Of a DNA stretch of 64,000 bases, positions 37,137 through 47,547 are shown one piece after another. The translations under genes and the position numbers were made by a program. Under the pieces are notes generated by a model. The model was not told the DNA's origin. It did not search any database and saw only the letters and a program-made list of their open reading frames with translations. The stretch comes from an uncultured Gemmatimonadales bacterium (lineage in GTDB: Bacteria > Gemmatimonadota > Gemmatimonadetes > Gemmatimonadales > GWC2-71-9): NCBI GenBank assembly GCA_963779755.1, contig CAVZZO010000001.1:672001-736000 (forward strand), given 5' to 3'. Each line of letters starts with the position of its first letter. The stretch's first letter is position 1.

Positions 37137-38940
37137 TGATCCACAGATTACGCTGCGGACCCTGACGGCAGCCCTGGTACCTGACGGCCGGCGCAGGTCC
37201 GTTTGTGATCCGCAGATTGCGCAGATTGCGCAGATTTTGCTCCAATGCTTGCAGCACTCCGCAGAGCGTTGCCGGGCGACGTACAACGAACAACTGGTTC
37301 TTCTTTTTGTGGGTGCCTGGGCCGGCATCGGAGCACGGCCCGCGCCGGGAACCATCTGCGTAATCTGCGTAATCTGTGGATCAACAATTCGGATCTGTCC
37401 CGATCACCGAGCCCGAGGGACCGGCTGTGGAGCCCTGCCGGCAGGTGCCTGGGCCGGCATCGGAGCACGGCCCGCGCCGGGAACCATCTGCGTAATCTGC
37501 GGATCAACAATTCGGATCTGTCCCGATCACCGAGCCCGAGGGACCGGCTGTGGAGCCCTGCCGGCAGCCTTGGCACAGGGGGGTCAGCGCAGGTCCGTTT
37601 ATGTGATCCGCAGATTGCGCAGATTACGCAGATTTTGTTCCAATGCTTGCAGCACTCCGCAGAGCGTTGCCGGGCGACGTACAACGAACAACCGGTTCTT
37701 CTTTTTGTGGGCGCCTGGGCCGGCATCGGAGCGCCACCCGGTCTGGGAAGCCATCCGTGTAATCTGTGTAATCTGTGGATCAACAATTCGGATCTGTCCC
37801 GATCACGGAGCCCGAGGGACCGGCTGTGGAGCCCTGCCGGCAGCCTTGGCACAGGGGGGTCAGCGCAGGTCCGTTTATGTGATCCGCAGATTACGCAGAT
37901 TACGCAGATTTTGTTCCAATGCTTGCAGCACTCCGCAGAGCGTTGCCGGGCGACGTACAACGAACAACCGGTTCTTCTTTTTGTGGGCGCCTGGGCCGGC
38001 ATCGGAGCGCCACCCGGTCTGGGAAGCCATCCGTGTAATCTGTGTAATCTGTGGATCAACAATTCGGATCTGTCCCGATCACGGAGCCCGAGGGACCGGC
38101 CGTGGAGCCCTGCCGGCAGCCCTGGTACAGCGGGGTCACCGCAGGTCCGTTGATGTGATCCGCAGATTACGCAGATTTTGTTCCAATGCTTGCAGCACTC
38201 CGCAGAGCGTTGCCGGGCGACGTACAACGAACAACCGGTTCTTCTTTTTGTGGGTGCCTGGGCTGCATCGGAGCGCCACCCGGTCAGGGAAGCGATCCGT
38301 GTAATCTGTGTAATCTGTGGATCAACAATTCGGATCTGTCCCGATCACGGAACTCGAGGGACCGGCCGTGGAGCCCTGCGGGCAGCCCTGGTACAGCGGG
38401 GTCACCGCAGGTCCGTTTATGTGATCCGCAGATTACGCAGATTGTGCTCCAATGCTTGCAGCACTCCGCAGAGCGTTGCCGGGCGACGTACAACGAACAA
38501 CCGGTTCTTCTTTTTGTGGGTGCCTGGGCTGCATCGGAGCGCCACCCGGTCAGGGAAGCGATCCGTGTAATCTGTGTAATCTGTGGATCAACAATTCGGA
38601 TCTGTCCCGATCACGGAACTCGAGGGACCGGCCGTGGAGCCCTGCGGGCAGCCCTGGTACAGGGGGGTCACCGCAGGTCCGTTTATGTGATCCGCAGATT
38701 ACGCAGATTACGCAGATTTTGCTCCAATGCTTGCAGCACTCCGCAGAGCGTTGCCGGGCGACGTACAACGAACAACCGGTTCTTCTTTTTGTGGGTGCCT
38801 GGGCTGCATCGGAGCGCGGCCCGGTCGTTGAATCAATCCTCGTAATCTGCGTAATCTGCGGTTGCACCACACACAACCGACCCTTTCACGGATCCGTGCG
38901 ACCGAGCTCGCGGAGCCGATCTGCGTAATCTGCGGATCAG
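37137..38940. repeat. Tandem array of ~266-276-bp units with ACGCAGATT inverted arms
   Basis: gtgatccgcagatt recurs at ~37205, 37603, 37879, 38155, 38421, 38688. Confidence 0.92.
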
Positions 38941-39335
38941 ATAGACGTCGCCGCCCGCCGGCCGATCCAGGCGCCCATGGCAGATCCCGCCAGGCCGAGC
39001 ACGGCGCCCAGCATCCCCAGCAGCAGCACCGTCATCAGGCGGGCTTCGACGGATGTCGTGGCGTATAGCTCCGCCATCCCGGCCGACCCGAGCAGGGCCG
39101 ACAGCGGCCAGCCCACGGCCGCCTCGATCGCCCCGGTAGTGGCGCCGACCACGGCACCGGCCCACCAGCCCACCCGGTATCCCGCCAGCAGGCCGGCCGC
39201 GAAGTAGAGTACATAGGAACCGGGAGCCAGCAGGCTGTAGTTGAAGCCCAGAGCTCTTGCCCCCAGGGCGCCCAGCGCGTCGAAGACCAGGATGACGGCC
39301 GCGGCTTGCAGGATGGTGAAAAGCACGGATCGCAT
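38937..39335 (-). CDS. Small membrane protein
   Basis: GGAGG RBS; four hydrophobic Gly-rich segments. Confidence 0.75.
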   Translation of the reverse strand: MRSVLFTILQAAAVILVFDALGALGARALGFNYSLLAPGSYVLYFAAGLLAGYRVGWWAGAVVGATTGAIEAAVGWPLSALLGSAGMAELYATTSVEARLMTVLLLGMLGAVLGLAGSAMGAWIGRRAATSI

Positions 39336-39570
39336 GGCATACCTCCGCGGTGAGACGGAGCGTGCGGGCGCCGGGCGGGCGGGGGGGAGGCGGCGCGTGC
39401 TGGCTCTCCAAGCTATGGTGCTGCGCCCCCGCCGCCAGATACCCGGCCGCTCTTCGACGGCCTCCGCCATGCCGGAGCGCCGTGAAACTACCTTCAGCAA
39501 ATATTCGTGAATCCTTCATGATCGGTTCCCTACGGTTCCTTCAAATTCCCTTCACAGGTCGGGGGTACCG

Positions 39571-41238
39571 ATGAGCGCTATCCGCGTCAGGGCTTGCTCC
39601 GGAATTCTCACCGTCGCGCTGCTGCTGGGCCTGAGCGCGTGCACCGATGTGGTGTACCGCGACCGGCTGACCTATAACTCGCCGCCCGATACCTCCAGCG
39701 GCTTTCTGGGATACTTCACCGCGTCCACCAGGCAGACCACCTGCGGCAACTGCCACGTGGGCCAGCAGGCCGACTGGATCCAGACTAAGCACTCCAATGC
39801 CTGGGCCGATCTCCAGGCCAACCCCTCGGCGCAGCCCTTCTGCGAGAATTGTCACTCGGTGAACTCGCGCGGCAATCAGCCGCCCGCCATCGTCGGCTAC
39901 GAGAAGGTGAAGGACGAGGCCTACCACGACGTGCAATGCGAGAGCTGCCACGGGCCCGGATTCGAGCACGTGCAGAATCCCACCACCGTCGCCACCCGGC
40001 CGATCCCCAGTATTCAGGTCTATCCGAACGACGCCCCCGTGAGCGATACCGCGGCGGTGGTCAACAGCAGTTGCGGCGCCTGCCACCAGGGTGCCGGCCC
40101 GTCCCAGAATCACAATTACCTGAAGGAATGGCTCTCCTCGCGCCATGGACAGCTGAATACACACGCGGCACCCAACCCAAGCTGCCAGCCCTGCCACGAA
40201 GCCAAGGGCGCGCTGCTGGCCTTCGGCGTGAACACCGTGTACCAGCAGCTGGGCAGCAGCACCCTGATGCCGCAGAACTGCGTCGTCTGCCACGATCCGC
40301 ACGGGACCGCCAAGGACGCCAACGGGCAGCCGCTGCCGGGGCAGCTCCGCTTCGCCATCAACACGCCGGTGCTGGACCAGAACCTCTGCACCCGCTGCCA
40401 TAACCGGATTCCCCAGCCGTCGGCCGCCAACTTCCGCGGACCGCACGGGACCCAGGGGCCGGTGCTGTTCGGGTCGGCGGGCTACTTCCCGCCGGGAAGC
40501 TCCTACGACACCACGGAGATCCTGACCACCCACGGGTCCACGGCCAATCCCCGGCTGTGCGCCGGGTGCCATGTGAACGAGCTCAACGGGGTGGATGCCG
40601 GGGGCAATCCGACGTCGTTCACCGGCCACACCTTCCATCCGCTTCCCTGCCTGTCGCAGAAGAGCCCGCCGGTGGTGGACACCACCTACTCCAATACCTG
40701 TGCTTACGACGAGCCCAGCCGGTCCTGGGGCGCGTGCACGGCGTCGGGCTGCCACGGGACCGAGGCGGTCGCCGTCCAGCGGCTCACCAGTATCTGGGCC
40801 GAACGGGACGGGTACGTGGATGTGCTATGGAAGGACATGAACGGCAACCAGGCGGTGGATTCCTTCCCGACCGACAGCGGGTACCTGGCCCTGATCAAGC
40901 TGAATGCACCCAACGATCTCGACTTCACCAACGCGCCCTATAATACCATCCTCACACCGGCCAAGGGCGCCCTGTTTAACGCCCAGATGCTGGGCGAGGA
41001 TCTGACCGGCCATCCCGACGGCTCGCACGGGGTCCACAATCCGTTCCTCTACCGGGCCCTGCTGCAGGCGTCCATCGCCGATCTGGAGGCAAACTACAGC
41101 AGCTTCCTGCCGGCGCCGCCGGCCCCGGTCCTGAGCGAAATCCAGAACGCGCTGCGGAGCGGTGCTCTCAAGGTGGCGCCCGCCACGGCGCGGGTGATGA
41201 TGAGCCTGACGCCGGGAGGTCGGGTAGCCTCCCACTGA
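39571..41238 (+). CDS. Multiheme cytochrome c lipoprotein (8 CxxCH + 1 CX4CH)
   Basis: LSAC lipobox; CGNCH, CENCH, CESCH, CGACH, CQPCH, CVVCH, CTRCH, CAGCH, CTASGCH. Confidence 0.93.
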   Translation: MSAIRVRACSGILTVALLLGLSACTDVVYRDRLTYNSPPDTSSGFLGYFTASTRQTTCGNCHVGQQADWIQTKHSNAWADLQANPSAQPFCENCHSVNSRGNQPPAIVGYEKVKDEAYHDVQCESCHGPGFEHVQNPTTVATRPIPSIQVYPNDAPVSDTAAVVNSSCGACHQGAGPSQNHNYLKEWLSSRHGQLNTHAAPNPSCQPCHEAKGALLAFGVNTVYQQLGSSTLMPQNCVVCHDPHGTAKDANGQPLPGQLRFAINTPVLDQNLCTRCHNRIPQPSAANFRGPHGTQGPVLFGSAGYFPPGSSYDTTEILTTHGSTANPRLCAGCHVNELNGVDAGGNPTSFTGHTFHPLPCLSQKSPPVVDTTYSNTCAYDEPSRSWGACTASGCHGTEAVAVQRLTSIWAERDGYVDVLWKDMNGNQAVDSFPTDSGYLALIKLNAPNDLDFTNAPYNTILTPAKGALFNAQMLGEDLTGHPDGSHGVHNPFLYRALLQASIADLEANYSSFLPAPPAPVLSEIQNALRSGALKVAPATARVMMSLTPGGRVASH

Positions 41239-41249
41239 GGGGCATCGCC

Positions 41250-41980
41250 GTGCGTCACTGGATCGCGTTCGCTCTCCTGGCGGGCGCCGTCACTGCCGCG
41301 AAACCGCGGCCGGTGGCGGCGCCCCCCCGTTTCCATCGACGGCCATCGCGCCGCCCCAGGCGGCGCGCGACACCTTTCCGCATGCCCGGCACACCAGGTT
41401 CTCCTGCCTGACCTGCCACCTGAGCACGTCGCAGTCCATGCTCACCTTCAAACGGCCCGACGGGTGCCGGACCTGCCATCACGCCGACCCGGCCCGGGCG
41501 GAATGCTCCCACTGCCACCAGCCGGACAGCCTGCCGGCGACGATCGAGCGGCACCTTACCATCGCCGCGGCGGGCCGGCCGCCGCATGACCGGGTGGTAG
41601 CCTTCCCCCACGCGCGCCACACCCGCCTGGGCTGCACCACCTGCCACGGCGAGGCGGAGAGCCTGGCGCCGGTCGACTCCGCCGCCACCTGTCAGGGCTG
41701 CCACGACCAGCACCACCGGGCGGGACGGGCCTGCGCCACCTGTCATGCCAACCCATCCATTCTCTCGATCCACGCGCCGCCCGTGCGGGTCCACGTCGCC
41801 TGCGACGCGTGCCACGCCACCGTGGCCATCGCCGCCCTGACCCCGACCCGTTCGTTCTGTCTGGTCTGCCACCGGACCCAAGCGGATCACCAACCGGGCG
41901 GGGAGTGCACCGAGTGCCACTTCCAGGCCAGTCCGGAGGAGTATCGCGCCCGTCTGTTGCGGCGGAGGAAGACCGGATGA
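41250..41980 (+). CDS. Periplasmic multiheme cytochrome c (9 CxxCH; 5' frameshift)
   Basis: FPHARH repeats; CLTCH upstream in frame plus 8 motifs in ORF 41438-41980. Confidence 0.88.
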
Positions 41981-43461
41981 GAACGGGCCTCCGGCTGGCG
42001 CTCCTCGCGCTCCTCGCGACACCCGCGGCGGCTACGGCGCAACAGTATCTGCTCCGGCTCGACAGCCGCATGCAGCGGGTGGACTTCCGCGGCCTGGTGA
42101 AGGACAGCATCCCCGCCTCCCAGGTGGTGACCGGCGCCAACGGCCGCCCCGAAACCACTGATGGCTACGCCGTCACCTGCGGCGGCCAGTCCACCTGCAT
42201 CTTCTACCGCCCCGGGCCGGTGCTCCGGGGAGCGCCGATGGTGAACGGCGCCGACCTCACCGTCTGGGGCTTCGGCCTTCCCGGCCTGCGCCTGCGGGCC
42301 AACGGGCGGGTGGGCTTCGACCTGGGGAACAGCGAGGTCTGGCCCGGGACAAATCCGGCGCTGCAGGTGAACGAGGCCTATATCGAGTACGCTCCCGATC
42401 GCCTGGTCGCCCGCCTGGGCCGCCAGATCGAACACACGCGCCTCGGCTCCTACGGTTACGACGGCCCGCGCCTGGCCTGGGGGTTCCCCTCCCTGGGGCT
42501 CACCGTCATCGGCTATGGCGGGCTCGGGCTGGCGCGCGCGGTGGCCCTGCCGGTGACCAGCGACGCGCTCAATCCGCTGGATGAGTTTCAGCCCCGGCGG
42601 CGCCAGCTGCTCGCCGCCGGGGCCGTCGAATGGCAGCGCCCCATGGTGGACGCCCGGCTGGATTACGAGCGGGAGGTGGACCGGGAGACGCGCAACTTCG
42701 TCTCCGAACGGATGGCGCTCTCGGCCACCTTCCGTCCCTACGGGGGATGGAGCCTCTCCGGCGGCGCGGATTACGACCTGGCGTGGGGCTGGTGGGGCAG
42801 CGCCGACCTGACCGTCCGCTACGGCGGCACCCGCTACGGCGGGGCGGCGGGGGTGCGCCGCTATCGCCCCTATTTCGATCTCTGGACCCTGTGGGGCGCG
42901 TTCAGTCCGCTGCCCTATTCGGCCGTCAACGGGTCCGCCTGGGTGTCGCCCATGCAGGGCCTCACTCTGCATGCCTGGGGGGAGCGCTACTGGTACCCGG
43001 ACGCCGAGGCGGATACCCCGCTCCTCACGGTCGAGACCCGGGGTTGGCGCTGGAACGCCGGCGGCAGCTACGCCGTTTCGCCCAGCGTCAGCGTGGATGC
43101 CGGCTATCAGGCGGCGTACGGCCCTGGCGCGTCATCCCGCGGGGTGGACGGCAGTCTGGACTACCGGGTGAACCCCCGGCTCACGCTCACGGCGGAGGGC
43201 GGTTACCAGATCCGGCCGCTGGAGTACCGGCTGGAAGACCCGGCCCTGACCTGGTACGGGCTGGCGGTGAATTTCCGGCCTACCGAACGGCTGCGGCTGG
43301 ACCTGCGGGCCACCCGGTACCAGGAGAATCGCCGCCGCCCCGATGCCGGGGGAATTGACTGGTCGAATACCCGTTTCAGCCTGAGCTTCGCCTGGCTGCT
43401 GGGCTCGAGCATTGACCGCCTTCCCCTGCCGCCGGCGGTTCGCCGGGAGGGCCGGCGATGA
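41977..43461 (+). CDS. Outer-membrane beta-barrel (porin-like) protein
   Basis: Signal peptide; aromatic/Gly-rich alternating strands; sits between cytochromes. Confidence 0.8.
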   Translation: MRTGLRLALLALLATPAAATAQQYLLRLDSRMQRVDFRGLVKDSIPASQVVTGANGRPETTDGYAVTCGGQSTCIFYRPGPVLRGAPMVNGADLTVWGFGLPGLRLRANGRVGFDLGNSEVWPGTNPALQVNEAYIEYAPDRLVARLGRQIEHTRLGSYGYDGPRLAWGFPSLGLTVIGYGGLGLARAVALPVTSDALNPLDEFQPRRRQLLAAGAVEWQRPMVDARLDYEREVDRETRNFVSERMALSATFRPYGGWSLSGGADYDLAWGWWGSADLTVRYGGTRYGGAAGVRRYRPYFDLWTLWGAFSPLPYSAVNGSAWVSPMQGLTLHAWGERYWYPDAEADTPLLTVETRGWRWNAGGSYAVSPSVSVDAGYQAAYGPGASSRGVDGSLDYRVNPRLTLTAEGGYQIRPLEYRLEDPALTWYGLAVNFRPTERLRLDLRATRYQENRRRPDAGGIDWSNTRFSLSFAWLLGSSIDRLPLPPAVRREGRR

Positions 43462-44885
43462 CCGTCACCCGTTTCTCCCTCATTGCTGGCCTCGGGCTCA
43501 TGCTCGCCGGCTTCGGCGGGCGGGCCGTCCGTCGGCAGCAGGACACGTTCGATCACGCCCGGCATCGCAAGGTGTTCCCGGAATGCGAGGGCTGCCATGC
43601 CGGCATCCGGCAGGCCGGACGCCCGGTATTCCCGGCGCCGGAGGTGTGCGCCAGATGTCATGATGGGACGGTGGAACGGAAGGTGGACTACACTCCACCG
43701 GAGCCGTCCATCCGGACCAACCTCCGCTTCCGTCACGCGGAGCACGACGCGCGGTCCGGCCGGCGGCTGCCGGGCGATTCCATTCTTGCCTGCAGCCAGT
43801 GCCACATCCCCCAGGGCGCGCCCTGGCTCACCGTCCGGCGCACTAATCCGCGCAACTGTCTCGACTGCCACGGAGTGACCGCGCCGCATCTTTCCGCTCC
43901 GGATACCGCCTGCGCCACCTGCCATCTCCCGCTGCCTCAGGCCGCGGCCTGGTCTCCGGAGCGGATTGCCCGACTGCCCCATCCGCCCTCACACGACCAG
44001 GCGAACTTCCCGAGCGCCGAGGGGCATGGCGCGCTGGCCCGGCAGAGTGAGCGGAACTGCGCCGTCTGCCACGCGCGCGATTTCTGTATCCGGTGCCATG
44101 TCAACGCGCCCGAGGTGAAGGCCATCCAGGCGCTGGCGCCCGATCCCCGCTCCCTGGCCATCAAGGTCGCGCTGGAGGCTCCCCAGTCGCACCGTGAAGC
44201 GGGCTGGCTGGACGAACATGGCGGGGTGGCGAAGCGCGAGGCGGCGAAGAGCTGCGCCTTCTGCCACACGCGGCAGAGCTGCATGGTCTGCCATCGGACC
44301 CGGCCGGCGCTGGCGCTGTCGCTGCCCGACAGCGGAGCGGGACGCGGGATCGGGGCGCGCATCCCGCGGAAGGCGGGGGGATACCACGGACCTGACTGGG
44401 TGGATCAGCATCCGGGGCCAGCCCGGTCGGCGCCCGAAACCTGCGAGACCTGCCACGCGCGGACGGAGTGCCTGGAGTGCCACCGTCCCAATCCCGGCGC
44501 GGCGGGGAACTATCACCCGGCGGGCTTCCTGACCCGGCATCCCGCGCTGGCCTTTAACCGGCAGGTGGACTGCACCGACTGCCACAGCCAGAGCCAGTTC
44601 TGCGTCACCTGCCACCAGGAGGCCGGCCTGGTGTCAACGGCTCCGCTGCGGCAGGGCTTCCATGACGCCAACGGCGCTTTTGCGCTCAACCACGGAGTGG
44701 CGGCACGGCAGAATCTCGAGTCCTGCGTCTCCTGTCATGCCGAGCGCGACTGCCTGACCTGCCATTCGGCGCAGGGCGGACGCCGCTTCAATCCCCACGG
44801 GCCGGGCTTCGACCCGGACCGCTTGCGGCAGCGCAATCCTCAGATGTGCGCCGGGTGTCACGGGAGAAATATTCCGACCAGGTGA
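43458..44885 (+). CDS. Multiheme cytochrome c (16 CxxCH)
   Basis: 16 CxxCH motifs counted, CEGCH to CAGCH. Confidence 0.93.
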   Translation: MTVTRFSLIAGLGLMLAGFGGRAVRRQQDTFDHARHRKVFPECEGCHAGIRQAGRPVFPAPEVCARCHDGTVERKVDYTPPEPSIRTNLRFRHAEHDARSGRRLPGDSILACSQCHIPQGAPWLTVRRTNPRNCLDCHGVTAPHLSAPDTACATCHLPLPQAAAWSPERIARLPHPPSHDQANFPSAEGHGALARQSERNCAVCHARDFCIRCHVNAPEVKAIQALAPDPRSLAIKVALEAPQSHREAGWLDEHGGVAKREAAKSCAFCHTRQSCMVCHRTRPALALSLPDSGAGRGIGARIPRKAGGYHGPDWVDQHPGPARSAPETCETCHARTECLECHRPNPGAAGNYHPAGFLTRHPALAFNRQVDCTDCHSQSQFCVTCHQEAGLVSTAPLRQGFHDANGAFALNHGVAARQNLESCVSCHAERDCLTCHSAQGGRRFNPHGPGFDPDRLRQRNPQMCAGCHGRNIPTR

Positions 44886-44918
44886 GCGGTGAGCGGTGAG
44901 CGGTGAGCGGTGAGCGGT
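44881..44918 (+). repeat. Heptamer tandem repeat (GGTGAGC)x5
   Basis: Direct reading. Confidence 0.9.
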
Positions 44919-45017
44919 GCCGAAGGTAACACTGTCATTGCGAGCCGCGGAGCTGCGAAGCAATCCCCCTGGGCTGCGCCGGGAGCCCCTGCGCCTCGCA
45001 GGGCTGTTCATCAGGAA

Positions 45018-46456
45018 TCCACAGATTTCACAGATTGCGCAGATTGGCTCGGTGCGCTTGCGGCGCTTCGCCAAGGCCTGCCAGTATCCCCAGAAGAAAC
45101 TCGTTGTCTTTGTTGGGAGCGCAGGGCAACGCTCCATACGCCTGGTTCCCGGGCGTCGTGGCGCGGGGAAGGCTACCGGATCACGGGGGAACCGCAGATT
45201 ACGCAGATGTACGCAGATTTGGCTCCGTTCGCCTGCAGCGATCCGCCAAGCCTCGCCTCACGCCAACAAAACAGAAGATTCGTTGTTTGCTGGGAGCGCA
45301 GGCAAGGCTCCATGGAGCTGCGCCGACAGACGAGGCAATCTGCGTACATCTGCGTTCAATCTGCGTAATCTGTGTTCCCCCTCCGGGAACCCAGCCGTGC
45401 AAGGAGCCCGGGACGTAACCGACGCTTCGCCCTGGTTGGCCGACCTGGCCGATTGATTGAGACCGCAGATTACGCAGATTACGCAGATTTGGCTCCGTTC
45501 GCCTGCAGCGCTCCGCCAAGCCTCGCCTCACGCCAACAAAACAGAAGATTCGTTGTTTGCTGGGAGCGCGGGCAACGCTCCATGGAGCTGCGCCGGCAGA
45601 CGAGGCAATCTGCGTACATCTGCGTTCAATCTGCGTAATCTGTGTTCCCCCTCCGGGAACCCAGCCGTGCAAGGAGCCCGGGACGTAACCGACGCTTCGC
45701 CCTGGTTGGCCGACCTGGCCGATTGATTGAGTCCACAGATTTCACAGATTACGCAGTTTTGGCTCGGTTTGCCTGCAGCGATCCGCCAGGCCTCACCTCA
45801 CGCCAACAAAACAGAAGATTCGTTGTTTGCTGGGAGCGCAGGCAACGCCCCATGGAGCTGCGCCGGCAGACGAGGCAATCTGCGTACATCTGCGTTCAAT
45901 CTGCGTAATCTGTGTTCCCCCTCCGGGAACCCAGCCGTGCAAGGAGCCCGGGACGTAACCGACGCTTCGCCCTGGTTGGCCGACCTGGCCGATTGATTGA
46001 GTCCACAGATTTCACAGATTACGCAGTTTTGGCTCGGTTTGCCTCAAGCGATCCGCCAAGCCTCACCTCACGCCAACAAAACAGAAGATTCGTTGTTTGC
46101 TGGGAGCGCAGGCAACGCCCCATGGAGCTGCGCCGACAGACAGGGCAATCTGTGTACATCTGCGTTCAATCTGCGTAATCTGTGTTCCCCCTCCGGGAAC
46201 CCAGCCGTGCAAGGAGCCCGAGACGTAACCGACGCTTCGCCCTGGTTGGCCGACCTGGCCGATTGATTGAGTCCACAGATTTCACAGATTACGCAGTTTT
46301 GGCTCGGTTTGCCTGCAGCGATCCGCCAAGCCTCGCCTCACGCCAACAAAACAGAAGATTCGTTGTTTGCTGGGAGCGCAGGCAACGCCCCATGGAGCTG
46401 CGCCGGCAGACGAGGCAATCTGCGTACATCTGCGTTCAATCTGCGTAATCTGCGGT
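45018..46456. repeat. Tandem array of 270-bp units with ACGCAGATT inverted arms
   Basis: gattgattga at 45451, 45721, 45991, 46261. Confidence 0.95.
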
Positions 46457-46518
46457 TCCCTCTTGGTAGCCGCCGCGGCCCAAGGGCCCGAGGTCGCGAT
46501 GGCCCCGGCGCCCCGGGC

Positions 46519-47496
46519 TCAGTGGTCCTCTGGTGTCTCTTTCCTGGTGCCTGCCTCCTTCTTGCCGGCCGCCCTGGCGGGCCCTTCCCCGGCCGTCATG
46601 GACGTATCGGGGCCCTCTTTCGATATCAGGCGGCCGCCTCCCGCCATCCCCAGCAGCGACGGCACATTGAGCGAGTCGGCCAGGCCCGACGGCACCACCA
46701 TGAGCGAGCCCCGCTTGACGATACTCTCGTACAGCATGTTCATCGCCCGCAGCTGCATGGCGTCGGGGTGATTGCGGTAGGAGTCGGCCGCGTCCACGAA
46801 CTTGTGGGCGATTTCGGTCTCGGCGGTACCCAGGATGATGCGCGCCTGCCGTTCCCGTTCCGCCTGGGCCTGGCGGGACATGGCGTCTTCCAGCCCGGCG
46901 GGGATGATGACATCCCGGATCTCCACCGACTGCACCTGGATGCCCCAGGTCGCCATCTTCTCCTCCAGGGCCAGCTTGAGCCCGTGGCCCAGCTCGACCC
47001 GCGACTGGATCAGCTCCGCCAGGTCGTGCTTGCCGATGGCGTCCCGCAGCTGCGTCTGCGCCGAGAGGATGACCGCCTCGTCGTAGTCCTGTACCTCCAG
47101 GGCGGCGCGCTCGGCGTCTCGGACGATCCAGAACGCAATGGCATCCACGTTCACCGGCACCGTGTCGCGGGTGAGGCACGATTCGGCTCCGAACGCGGCG
47201 GTCCGGATCCGCTGGTCGATGGTGTAGGCCACCCGGTCCAGGATGGGGATGATGACGAAGTAGCCGGGCCCGCGGAGGCCCCGGTAACTGCCCAGCCGCA
47301 GGAGGACGGCCTTCTCCCACTGGTCGGTGTACTTGATGGCGGAGGCGATCAGCACCCCCAGCGCCAGGCCGGCCAGGCCGGCCAGCGGCGGCGCCACGCC
47401 GGCAAGGAACAGCGCGCCGGCCAGACCGGCCCCGACGATCAGCCCTGCTGAGAGCGCGGCGAAGGAGTATCGCGTGTCATTCGGCCTGTGTCTCAT
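46519..47496 (-). CDS. SPFH/band 7 (stomatin-like) protein
   Basis: WEKAVLLRLG, LTRDTVPVNVDA, AQTQLRDAIG, QAQAERERQA. Confidence 0.93.
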   Translation of the reverse strand: MRHRPNDTRYSFAALSAGLIVGAGLAGALFLAGVAPPLAGLAGLALGVLIASAIKYTDQWEKAVLLRLGSYRGLRGPGYFVIIPILDRVAYTIDQRIRTAAFGAESCLTRDTVPVNVDAIAFWIVRDAERAALEVQDYDEAVILSAQTQLRDAIGKHDLAELIQSRVELGHGLKLALEEKMATWGIQVQSVEIRDVIIPAGLEDAMSRQAQAERERQARIILGTAETEIAHKFVDAADSYRNHPDAMQLRAMNMLYESIVKRGSLMVVPSGLADSLNVPSLLGMAGGGRLISKEGPDTSMTAGEGPARAAGKKEAGTRKETPEDH

Positions 47497-47547
47497 GACC
47501 CTCACCTCGCAAAAGAAAAAGCTGGTAGCGCGGTTGCCACCGGTGCT

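Noticed and set aside
37137..38940. Possible CRISPR array, or Cys-rich ICVIC proteins
   Set aside because: The spacers are repeated rather than unique, units are ~270 bp, and no cas genes are present; the ORFs are translations of the DNA repeat.
45190..46456. Repeated 88-89-aa ORFs
   Set aside because: They arise from the 270-bp tandem unit; no coding signal.
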